A DNA stretch of 64,000 bases from Macrostomum lignano (Eukaryota): the NCBI GenBank assembly GCA_002269645.1, contig NIVC01001526.1:209594-273593 (forward strand), written 5' to 3'. A program made the position numbers and the translations under genes. The first letter of the stretch is position 1. Each line of letters starts with the position of its first letter. Shown here piece after piece: positions 1-20,591 of this stretch. The notes below the pieces were generated by a model. It was given only the letters and a program-made list of their open reading frames with translations, was not told where the DNA came from and ran no database searches.

Positions 1-312
1 ATAAAGGATGAGGCAGCCTACGGAATGGAGATAAAGGATGAGGCAACCTACGGAATGGAGATAAAGGATGAGGCAACCTACGGAATGGAGATAAAGGATG
101 AGGCAACCTACGGAATGGAGATAAAGGATGAGGCAACCTACGAAATGGAGATAAAGGATGAGGCAACCTACGGAATGGAGATAAAGGATGAGGCAACCTA
201 CGGAATGGAGATAAAGGATGAGGCAACCTACGGAATGGAGATAAAGGATGAGGCATCCTACGGAATTGAGATAAGGGATGAGGCAACCTACGGAATGGAG
301 ATAAAGGATGAG
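1..312 (+). repeat. 30-bp minisatellite (GGAGATAAAGGATGAGGCAACCTACGGAAT) in intron 1 of the PQ-loop gene
   Basis: About 10 near-identical tandem units are visible. They produce the MEIKDEATYG pseudo-ORF. Confidence 0.95.
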
Positions 313-347
313 GCAAATCTTCCAGAGTATCCAGGTAAGCCGCTCAC

Positions 348-493
348 CACCACAGCTCCAAACTGAGTCCAAGAACGTCCAATCCTAGTGTCGATCCGTT
401 GGCGATAACTTTACTAACCTGCGGTATTCGCTGAACAATGCACAGCAGAATGACCGCCAAATTTACAGCCTGCAATGCAGCCGCCGAGTCCAT
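348..493 (-). CDS. SLC66A3: Exon 1 of PQ-loop repeat membrane protein (SLC66A3/PQLC3-like); gene continues beyond the left edge of the window
   Basis: ATG at 493 gives MDSAAALQAVNLAVILLCIVQRIPQVSKVIANGSTLGLDVLGLSLELW, followed by a GTGAG donor at 347. It matches, from recall, the PQLC3 N-terminus pattern (short N-tail, TM, K/R-x-PQ, S-x-x-GLS...LEL). Confidence 0.8.
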
Positions 494-1286
494 GACAACT
501 GAGATGGCGGTTTGTATGGAACTGACGGTTTGATTCCTCTCTTGAGCTTTGTGTAGCTGTGAGTAGGGCCTATTTATTGCCCAGAGCAGAATGTATGTTA
601 ACATGGAAGCGGTCGGCATGTGCTCATATTTCATTTATTGGATGTACATTTCTGAGCTATATAGTTCAGCTCTTTGATCCAGTCATCTTGCTTCACCCTC
701 TCTTCCCCTTCATTTAGTTAATCCTATGTAAAATGCACTGCGTGGGAGATTAACAGGCAGGATTTCTCTCCCCCTATAGCTCTAGCCAAAGCCTTAGAAT
801 TATAGGAATGCATTATTGACCATTTAGCCAATCCATAAGCTTGAAGCTGTATCAGATTTCTCACTGCAGATTTCAGGGGAAGATTAAGTATTAGCAAATT
901 CCATTGATTCATTTAGAGACTAATGGCTTTTTTGAGTTGCGATCAGACTGCATCATTACATGGTTAGTATGAAAGGACTTCTTTATATGGCTGAGACTGG
1001 ATGCATAGAGTTGAGTTGAGAAAGGAGAGTTGGTTAGTCAATTTTATAATCTACATGCATTATTTTATTGCAACTTATTGCATGCAGTGCAGTGACGTCT
1101 CAAAGACAGTCACAGACAAAATGTGATGTACCAACGACAGTTTTCAAATATATAGTGCGACACCCTGATATTTGATACAACGCAGCGTGAACGGACCTTG
1201 CATAAATTCTACTCTATAAGCTACTAGCTGCAGTATTTGTCAAAAATCTGCTTGTTTTTTTTACTTTTGTCCCACGATCAATGCAA

Positions 1287-4200
1287 ACTACGTAATGTGC
1301 AGATTCTGCCGGGTTTTCAGAATTCTGACGCAAAAAACGCAAATTATACTACTATCTGAAAATGAAGTAAGTAGTATACAAAAACGCTATCCTAAGCGTG
1401 ATATGGCAATATGTAGTCGTAATAATCCATGTGCTCATATTAATTCCATGTACATTAATCCCTATCTATCTCAAATTGGATATGTACATTAATTCCATGT
1501 ACATTAATCCCTATCTATCTCAAATTGGATATGTACATTAATTCCATATCCCAAATTGTCTATCCCCAATTCTATATGTACACTTACATTAATCTACAGT
1601 GTCATCCCCAGCGCGCGCGCACCAAAATTACATGTACAATACTACATGTACACAGAGGTGAGAATTACTAATCTCATCTACTACCAAATGAGTCAACATT
1701 CAAGTTTTAAAAACCACGTTATATACATATTCCTATTTATATGTCAATTATTCAAAACCTACATGTAGCGGATTACACTACTACCTTTAGTAGAGTTACA
1801 AATCAAGATTCTATTGAAAAAGACTGTATTCATATAGTTTTCACATTGGAAAAGCGTATATTTTCATTTCAATAATTGAAAAAGAGAGCAAAAACAGTAA
1901 GGAGACAACAGCAAGTTGAGACTTAATTATAGCCTGTACTACCAAACCCTCCTGCACCGCGAATTGAGTGGGTGTGGGAGGCCTCCTCATCGCCATTCCC
2001 TCTAGTATATCCTCACCCCTCGAAGCCCCTATACTGAATGTTGAATCACCCTTTAACTCGGACCATAGTCAAATTCAACCCTGTTCGAAAACAGCCACCC
2101 CTCCGATGTTCACCAGACACAGCGCAGACCCCATAACAAATCGAGCTAAATTTTAACACTCGCCCCTGTTTTCTCTGTCCCCCCTTCTAAATGCCAAGGA
2201 ATTTCGACCCTCTCTCCATTTTCAGTGTACAGACAGACCTTTCCACAGCACAGACCATATATTAAACTTCAAAACCCCTCTCTTCTCCGATTACGTCATC
2301 CATGCCGCCCCAGTTAGCAAGAAACCAACTTTTAATGCACACATCAACCCCCGCGAGCAAATCCGAGTCCGCCTACCTCTACCTGCATTGACAAACCCCA
2401 GCTGCATTTGTAAATGTACACAGCCTATGTATGAATCAGTGTCTCCACCGCATGCAATTCTGATTTACTTGATCTAAACTTTGTAAATTGTATAAGTCAC
2501 CCTTGCGTTATACTAGAAGTAGTGAAGTCCACATATTTAAATACGTGAGGCTATTCAATTCTGCCTCTCCGCATCCCCTACCTTCTCACTTCAAGCTTTC
2601 AGACCTGGTCTTTGAGACGGTTTAATCTGTTAGAAGCAGGAATGAATCATGCACTGACCTCTCCATACAAAGTAAAGTTGGAATTTCAGACAAGAAATTT
2701 GGTTATTTTAAAAGCTAAATGACTAGAAATGCACATTTTTTTCATTAAAATGCAGCTTTTCACAGTTTTTTAACGATTTTAACCTTAAAATGCTGACTTT
2801 GTTGATCAAAATCAGTAGTTTCATCACTAGAAACCATACTTTCAACAGCTAATTTGTCCAAATGTCGCTTTCAACTTGACCTTAGACTGCTTTTAAGCAG
2901 GAATGAACCCCACACAAACATCCACAAGCCAGCCCAAAATCATCCAAAGACATGGCTATTGAAGCCTAAATTGCTAGAAATGCGCATTTTTTCATAAGAA
3001 AATACAAATTTTCACAGTTTTTATGCATTTTTACGTTAAAATGCAGACTTTATTGATCAAAATCAGTAGTTTCATCACTAGAAACCATACTTTCAGCAAC
3101 TAATTTGTCCAAATATCGCTTTCAACTTGACCTTAGACAGCTTTTAAGCAGGAATAAACCCCCCACGAACATACACAAGCTAGCCCAAAATCATCCAAAG
3201 ACGGCTGTTGAAGACTAAATTGCTAGAAATGAGCATTTTTTCATAAGAAAACACAAATTTTCACAGTTTTTACGCATTTTTTACGTTAAAATGCAGACTT
3301 TATTGATCAAAATCAGTAATTCATCACTAAAAACCACAATTTTAACACAAAATTATCACAAATGCTACTTCTGGAACTCTGAGACAGCTTTGAGCAGGAA
3401 TTATAATCGCACATGGATTACCCGAGCCAGTCCAATATTCCACTGAAGCCAGGGTTTTTTAAAGCTGAATTGTTAGAATTGCTCATTCTTTCGTTTAATA
3501 AATGACAATTTTCACAGTTTTATTATTTTCTAACGTTAAAATGCGAAATGTATTGGTCAAACTTAGTAGTTTCATCCCAAAAGCCATAATTTCAACCGCT
3601 AATTTGTCCAAATGCTGATTCAAAGTTGGCAAGAGACAGCTTTCGAGCAGGAATGAGTCACACACTGATCTCCATATGCACACCCCGGCCCAAGTTGGAA
3701 TTCCACCCAAGACATTTTCATTGAAAGCTAAATTACTAGAAATTGCACATTTTCGTTTTAAAAAGGTCAATTTTCACAGTTTTTACTCTTTTTAACGTTA
3801 AAATGCTGACTTTATTGAACAAAATTAATCACTTCATCAGCAGAAACCATAATTTTTACAACTTAATGCTGTTTCATCATTCAAATGTATGTATTTGGTA
3901 CGTGTAATACCCCTCAAGAAGTCAGGGAAGGGATTATTCTTGAATATTGGGTTAAAACGTACAGTTTGCTATAAACCTAGCTATAATAATTTTAACATAT
4001 ACAGTCTGCGAAGCGGTCCGTTGATTTCGATTGACATTTAAACTGTCCCTCCCAGACCTCTCTCTCTCCTTCTGCACCCACCGAGAAAAGTGACTCATGC
4101 GGCAATCAGCTGGACAGGTTTTATTACTGAATTGGCAAAACAGCCAACACACAATGTTCATTAGACTCGTCTTCACAGCACAGACCCATGTAGAACAGAA

Positions 4201-7200
4201 CCACTCGTCCCTGTCTCTCTGACCTTACCATTTCTAACTGTCAAGGAATTCCGACCCTCCCTCTCCAATTTCAGTGTACAAACAGATATTTTCACAGCAC
4301 AGACTCATATATTGAGCCTCCTCCAACCAAAACCCTATCTTGATTACGTCATCCACCTCCCCCATAGGAGCAGTTAGCAAGAAACAAAATTTTTCGATGC
4401 ACATATGAACACTGTGAACCATGCAAAATCGCACATCTACGGGTCGATTTTGATTGACAATTTAATACCTTTTGTTGATGCTGCTGTGTACAGTAGTCTT
4501 ATTTCCGAAGCTCCTAGCAGTCATCTTTTAGATGTGGTGAATCAGTGTTGTTTTTGCCAACTTTACATCTTGATTCATCCTCCAAATTCTTCAACTCTGA
4601 CCATATTCAATAATTTAACCCATGCAAGTAGATTTGCCAATTCGCCAAATTAGCCAATACGAATGGGGCCAGAGGACCCACCCAAATCGAGCCCTTGTCT
4701 CTCTCAGGCCTCTCTCTCCTACACATACCCCAGAAAAGTGACTCATGAGGCAATCAGTTTAACAGGTTCAGTATACTGAATTGGCAAAACAGCAAACACC
4801 CAATGGTCAATGGACTCGTCTTCGCAGCACAGACCATTTTGAATAAAGCCAAAACACACATACACCCCTATTCTCTGACCAAACCTTTCCATTTCTAGTT
4901 GTCAACGAAATTCGACCGGCCTCTCTCTCAATCCCAATGTACATTTTGACGAAGCAAGCAGATCTTTTCACAGCACGGACCCAGCCTCCCCCAACCAAAG
5001 CCCTATCTCTGATTACGTCATCTATACATCCCCATAGAAGCAGTTAGCAAGAAAAAAATTCGATGCGCATATATGAACAATGCGAACCAAGCAAATCCGC
5101 GCGTCTACCAAAGCCAACCCTACCCTGCGTGCTGTAATTGCATTTGTCAATGTACACACCCTATGAATCAGTGTCTCCTTCTTTGGAACACACGAAGGCA
5201 TTAGTCAGAAAGTTTGGATGCAATTAAAAACTCTCTCGATGCTTTGCGTATAAACGAGTAATCGATTGAATCAATTGTACACTTGACACATTTAATTACG
5301 TGCTGCCATGCAACGGAAAGACAGGATAATGGGGTGGGTGGTCACGCAGCCTCATTCTCTCTTTCCTACTGATTTTTCATTATCTATCAATCTCAGCTCT
5401 TTCCGGGGCAACTCGCGCATTTGTGCATAGTTCCTCATCAGATTTACCACATGTTCATTTACATGTGATGTACATATGCAAGCGGCAGCCGATTTAAACC
5501 TGAGAAATGGTTGAAGCACTCCCCCGACTATGACTAAATGCACGTACGTTCAGTCAAATACAGGAAAATTTGACACCCGTAGTATGAAGATGAAATCTTC
5601 ACGAAAGCTTCACATGTTTATCTTTCTCTGTGGAAATGACGATAGTTTCTCAATAAAAATCTGTCATAGGCCCAATATAGCAGTTTAAATATTTTCACGA
5701 AAATGTCGCATTATTCAAAGAACTGATTTTTGCAAACTCTACTGTCAGTAGGAAGATGAGTTTTCATAGAGACATTTTGTAAAACATAGACTAAACTTTC
5801 AAATCATTCGTTTACACGACCAACTGTCTATATTAATGGTGGGGTTATTATTACTTTACAGAAAAACGCATGTCCTGTGTTACGACACTGCCTAGCAACC
5901 GTATAATTTTTGCAGGTCAAGGAGCATTAATACATGAACTAACACTCCTATTTTACATTCATTGAGAGGCGGCGGCAGCGGGCGGAGGGTGGCCGGACCG
6001 TGACTGTGTGCAGCACAGTCCCTGTCTCTACTGCTGCCTCCGCCCGCTGCCGCCGCCTCTCAATGAATGTAAAATAGGAGTGTTAGTTCATGTATTAATG
6101 CTCCTTGACCTGCAAAAATTATACGGTTGCTAGGCAGTGTCGTAACACAGGACATGCGTTTTTCTGTAAAGTAATAATAACCCCACCATTAATATAGACA
6201 GTTGGTCGTGTAAACGAATGATTTGAAAGTTTAGTCTATGTTTTACAAAATGTCTCTATGAAAACTCATCTTCCTACTGACAGTAGAGTTTGCAAAAATC
6301 AGTTCTTTGAATAATGCGACATTTTCGTGAAAATATTTAAACTGCTATATTGGGCCTATGACAGATTTTTATTGAGAAACTATCGTCATTTCCACAGAGA
6401 AAGATAAACATGTGAAGCTTTCGTGAAGATTTCATCTTCATACTACGGGTGTCAAATTTTCCTGTATTTGACTGAACGTACGTGCATTTAGTCATAGTCG
6501 GGGGAGTGCTTCAACCATTTCTCAGGTTTAAATCGGCTGCCGCTTGCATATGTACATCACATGTAAATGAACATGTGGTAAATCTGATGAGGAACTATGC
6601 ACAAATGCGCGAGTTGCCCCGGAAAGAGCTGAGATTGATAGATAATGAAAAATCAGTAGGAAAGAGAGAATGAGGCTGCGTGACCACCCACCCCATTATC
6701 CTGTCTTTCCGTTGCGGGCAGCACGTAATTAAATGTGTCAAGTGTACAATTGATTCAATCGATTACTCGTTTATACGCAAAGCATCGAGAGAGTTTTTAA
6801 TTGCATCCAAACTTTCTGACTAATGCCTTCGTGTGTTCCAAAGAAGGAGACACTGATTCATAGGGTGTGTACATTGACAAATGCAATTACAGCACGCAGG
6901 GTAGGGTTGGCTTTGGTAGACGCGCGGATTTGCTTGGTTCGCATTGTTCATATATGCGCATCGAATTTTTTTTCTTGCTAACTGCTTCTATGGGGATGTA
7001 TAGATGACGTAATCAGAGATAGGGCTTTGGTTGGGGGAGGCTGGGTCCGTGCTGTGAAAAGATCTGCTTGCTTCGTCAAAATGTACATTGGGATTGAGAG
7101 AGAGGCCGGTCGAATTTCGTTGACAACTAGAAATGGAAAGGTTTGGTCAGAGAATAGGGGTGTATGTGTGTTTTGGCTTTATTCAAAATGGTCTGTGCTG

Positions 7201-10200
7201 CGAAGACGAGTCCATTGACCATTGGGTGTTTGCTGTTTTGCCAATTCAGTATACTGAACCTGTTAAACTGATTGCCTCATGAGTCACTTTTCTGGGGTAT
7301 GTGTAGGAGAGAGAGGCCTGAGAGAGACAAGGGCTCGATTTGGGTGGGTCCTCTGGCCCCATTCGTATTGGCTAATTTGGCGAATTGGCAAATCTACTTG
7401 CATGGGTTAAATTATTGAATATGGTCAGAGTTGAAGAATTTGGAGGATGAATCAAGATGTAAAGTTGGCAAAAACAACACTGATTCACCACATCTAAAAG
7501 ATGACTGCTAGGAGCTTCGGAAATAAGACTACTGTACACAGCAGCATCAACAAAAGGTATTAAATTGTCAATCAAAATCGACCCGTAGATGTGCGATTTT
7601 GCATGGTTCACAGTGTTCATATGTGCATCGAAAAATTTTGTTTCTTGCTAACTGCTCCTATGGGGGAGGTGGATGACGTAATCAAGATAGGGTTTTGGTT
7701 GGAGGAGGCTCAATATATGAGTCTGTGCTGTGAAAATATCTGTTTGTACACTGAAATTGGAGAGGGAGGGTCGGAATTCCTTGACAGTTAGAAATGGTAA
7801 GGTCAGAGAGACAGGGACGAGTGGTTCTGTTCTACATGGGTCTGTGCTGTGAAGACGAGTCTAATGAACATTGTGTGTTGGCTGTTTTGCCAATTCAGTA
7901 ATAAAACCTGTCCAGCTGATTGCCGCATGAGTCACTTTTCTCGGTGGGTGCAGAAGGAGAGAGAGAGGTCTGGGAGGGACAGTTTAAATGTCAATCGAAA
8001 TCAACGGACCGCTTCGCAGACTGTATATGTTAAAATTATTATAGCTAGGTTTATAGCAAACTGTACGTTTTAACCCAATATTCAAGAATAATCCCTTCCC
8101 TGACTTCTTGAGGGGTATTACACGTACCAAATACATACATTTGAATGATGAAACAGCATTAAGTTGTAAAAATTATGGTTTCTGCTGATGAAGTGATTAA
8201 TTTTGTTCAATAAAGTCAGCATTTTAACGTTAAAAAGAGTAAAAACTGTGAAAATTGACCTTTTTAAAACGAAAATGTGCAATTTCTAGTAATTTAGCTT
8301 TCAATGAAAATGTCTTGGGTGGAATTCCAACTTGGGCCGGGGTGTGCATATGGAGATCAGTGTGTGACTCATTCCTGCTCGAAAGCTGTCTCTTGCCAAC
8401 TTTGAATCAGCATTTGGACAAATTAGCGGTTGAAATTATGGCTTTTGGGATGAAACTACTAAGTTTGACCAATACATTTCGCATTTTAACGTTAGAAAAT
8501 AATAAAACTGTGAAAATTGTCATTTATTAAACGAAAGAATGAGCAATTCTAACAATTCAGCTTTAAAAAACCCTGGCTTCAGTGGAATATTGGACTGGCT
8601 CGGGTAATCCATGTGCGATTATAATTCCTGCTCAAAGCTGTCTCAGAGTTCCAGAAGTAGCATTTGTGATAATTTTGTGTTAAAATTGTGGTTTTTAGTG
8701 ATGAATTACTGATTTTGATCAATAAAGTCTGCATTTTAACGTAAAAAATGCGTAAAAACTGTGAAAATTTGTGTTTTCTTATGAAAAAATGCTCATTTCT
8801 AGCAATTTAGTCTTCAACAGCCGTCTTTGGATGATTTTGGGCTGGCTTGTGGATGTTTGTGTGGGGTTCATTCCTGCTTAAAAGCAGTCTAAGGTCAAGT
8901 TGAAAGCGACATTTGGACAAATTAGCTGTTGAAAGTATGGTTTCTAGTGATGAAACTACTGATTTTGATCAACAAAGTCTGCATTTTAAGGTTAAAATCG
9001 TAAAAAAAACTGTAAAAAGCTGCATTTCAATGAAAAAAATGTGCATTTCTAGTCATTTAGCTTTTAAAATAACCAAATTTCTTGTCTGAAATTCCAACTT
9101 TACTTTGTATGGAGAGGTCAGTGCATGATTCATTCCTGCTTCTAACAGATTAAACCGTCTCAAAGACCAGGTCTGAAAGCTTGAAGTGAGAAGGTAGGGG
9201 ATGCGGAGAGGCAGAATTGAATAGCCTCACGTATTTAAATATGTGGACTTCACTACTTCTAGTATAACGCAAGGGTGACTTATACAATTTACAAAGTTTA
9301 GATCAAGTAAATCAGAATTGCATGCGGTGGAGACACTGATTCATACATAGGCTGTGTACATTTACAAATGCAGCTGGGGTTTGTCAATGCAGGTAGAGGT
9401 AGGCGGACTCGGATTTGCTCGCGGGGGTTGATGTGTGCATTAAAAGTTGGTTTCTTGCTAACTGGGGCGGCATGGATGACGTAATCGGAGAAGAGAGGGG
9501 TTTTGAAGTTTAATATATGGTCTGTGCTGTGGAAAGGTCTGTCTGTACACTGAAAATGGAGAGAGGGTCGAAATTCCTTGGCATTTAGAAGGGGGGACAG
9601 AGAAAACAGGGGCGAGTGTTAAAATTTAGCTCGATTTGTTATGGGGTCTGCGCTGTGTCTGGTGAACATCGGAGGGGTGGCTGTTTTCGAACAGGGTTGA
9701 ATTTGACTATGGTCCGAGTTAAAGGGTGATTCAACATTCAGTATAGGGGCTTCGAGGGGTGAGGATATACTAGAGGGAATGGCGATGAGGAGGCCTCCCA
9801 CACCCACTCAATTCGCGGTGCAGGAGGGTTTGGTAGTACAGGCTATAATTAAGTCTCAACTTGCTGTTGTCTCCTTACTGTTTTTGCTCTCTTTTTCAAT
9901 TATTGAAATGAAAATATACGCTTTTCCAATGTGAAAACTATATGAATACAGTCTTTTTCAATAGAATCTTGATTTGTAACTCTACTAAAGGTAGTAGTGT
10001 AATCCGCTACATGTAGGTTTTGAATAATTGACATATAAATAGGAATATGTATATAACGTGGTTTTTAAAACTTGAATGTTGACTCATTTGGTAGTAGATG
10101 AGATTAGTAATTCTCACCTCTGTGTACATGTAGTATTGTACATGTAATTTTGGTGCGCGCGCGCTGGGGATGACACTGTAGATTAATGTAAGTGTACATA

Positions 10201-10488
10201 TAGAATTGGGGATAGACAATTTGGGATATGGAATTAATGTACATATCCAATTTGAGATAGATAGGGATTAATGTACATGGAATTAATGTACATATCCAAT
10301 TTGAGATAGATAGGGATTAATGTACATGGAATTAATATGAGCACATGGATTATTACGACTACATATTGCCATATCACGCTTAGGATAGCGTTTTTGTATA
10401 CTACTTACTTCATTTTCAGATAGTAGTATAATTTGCGTTTTTTGCGTCAGAATTCTGAAAACCCGGCAGAATCTGCACATTACGTAGT
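1287..10488. mobile_element. Giant non-coding palindromic (foldback-type) element: arms 1287-5988 and 6037-10488, 48-bp spacer, 6-bp TSD ATGCAA
   Basis: Mirror-image ORF pairs (e.g. 5352-5543- / 6482-6673+, 1968-2156+ / 9619-9807-). Termini are ACTACGTAATGTGCAG...CTGCACATTACGTAGT. ATGCAA lies directly outside both ends (1281-1286 and 10489-10494). Confidence 0.85.
2630..3860 (+). repeat. ~250-bp tandem array (5 units) inside the left arm; 4 units in the right arm (~8165-9150)
   Basis: AGCAGGAAT recurs near 2635, 2896, 3146, 3392 and 3645, each followed by the shared CTAGAAATG...TTTCACAGTTTTT...AAAATGC.GACTTT...ATCAAAATCAGTAG block. Confidence 0.85.
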
Positions 10489-10512
10489 ATGCAATATGTG
10501 TTACACAATGTC

Positions 10513-10953
10513 GACAATATGAGTAGCATGATGTAGACAATATGAGTAGCATGATGTAGACAATATGAGTAGCATGATGTAGACAATATGAGTAGCATGA
10601 TGTAGACAATATGAGTAGCATGATGTAGACAATATGAGTAGCATGATGTAGACAATATGAGTAGCATGATGTAGACAATATGAGTAGCATGATGTAGACA
10701 ATATGAGTAGCATGATGTAGACAATATGAGTAGCATGATGTAGACAATATGAGTAGCATGATGTAGACAATATGAGTAGCATGATGTAGACAATATGAGT
10801 AGCATGATGTAGACAATATGAGTAGCATGATGTAGACAATATGAGTAGCATGATGTAGACAATATGAGTAGCATGATGTAGACAATATGAGTAGCATGAT
10901 GTAGACAATATGAGTAGCATGATGTAGACAATATGAGTAGCATGATGTAGACA
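10513..10953 (+). repeat. 23-bp minisatellite (GACAATATGAGTAGCATGATGTA)
   Basis: About 19 identical tandem units starting just outside the right end of the palindrome. Confidence 0.95.
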
Positions 10954-11791
10954 ATATTTGTCACACAATGTCGAGAATATTCGTCACACGATGTAGACAA
11001 TATGTGTCACACGATGTAGACAATGTGTCACACGATTACTCTAACAACTGCCTAACAGCTTTTTTTCCAGCGTTACATTCTCAACTTTGGCGTATACTAT
11101 AAGTAGTATTCGAGCGACAAAATCAGTTTGTTTTCTTGCATTCCGAATCGAGACAACAATTTCGAATACATTTAGATATTCTTCCCGGCTGTACAATCAA
11201 TAGGAAGTCGCTAAGAATGCGGGAGTTCTTCCTCCTATTGCGGGTCGATATCTGCCTAAACACGTACCTACCCCTGACACTGTCAATGCAATTTCTCTCT
11301 TCCCTTGCTTTTTTTCCTGAGCTCTTTCTTTCAATTTCTGCTCTTTTCTCTCTCTCTCTTTCTCTCCCTTCTCTGTCTAGCAACAGAGCTAAGCTATTAG
11401 GAGGTGGTCAACGAGTTGACTTGTGTAACCAACTCTTGTGCACATATCGTGAGTTCGCAATATTCACTGCGTGACACCGCTAACACACACACGTTAACGC
11501 GCTATATATACTCACAGTCAGAGTTGAATATATAATTTTAAACTTGTCAATTGGACGATCGTTCATTCACAGTTGCAACTTCAGTCAGACCCCCGTCAGT
11601 GCACGGCCACTAACAGCTGCTAGGCGGGAGCTTTTCGATCCAATATTCCTATAGCTCTGTTGTTAAGGAAGAAGCTACGCAACTATAACGACTATTCCAT
11701 ACTAGCATTGTAGCTCCGGCGTTGGGGTTGGCGGTGACGGTTGCGTCTTCCTATCGTGTCTTTTCACTTCAATAATAAAATAAAAGCAGCA

Positions 11792-20400
<8,609 letters not shown>

Positions 20401-20591
20401 TTGACATGCGCGGCTTATTGAGAAATTGGTCTTCAAAACTTTCCAAACCTTGGTTGAATTTTTTTAGTTTGCTAAATAATATACTTGTAAATAATTTTTT
20501 GCGCGTATTTTATTGATTCAGCATGGCACCTGAGTTGTACGTACATGTATGAGGCTTTATTTTTGACACATGCGACAAATTTTTAGGGCTG

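Noticed and set aside
25-366. 113-aa MEIKDEATYG repeat ORF
   Set aside because: It is the translation of a 30-bp intronic minisatellite antisense to the PQ-loop gene, with no independent sign of coding.
5989-6036. Pure fold-back read artefact as the explanation for the palindrome
   Set aside because: The flanking 6-bp direct repeat, the arm-specific 250-bp deletion and the unique flanks on both sides argue against it. It is not fully excluded without raw reads.
1295-10219. Pairs of identical short ORFs on opposite strands (60-91 aa)
   Set aside because: They are a by-product of the palindrome. None has a recognisable domain or a signal of coding.
1287-10488. Autonomous Polinton/Maverick or transposase-coding foldback
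   Set aside because: No pPolB, integrase, ATPase, capsid or DDE ORF is visible, and the termini are not the usual 5'-AG. Only a non-autonomous relationship is possible.
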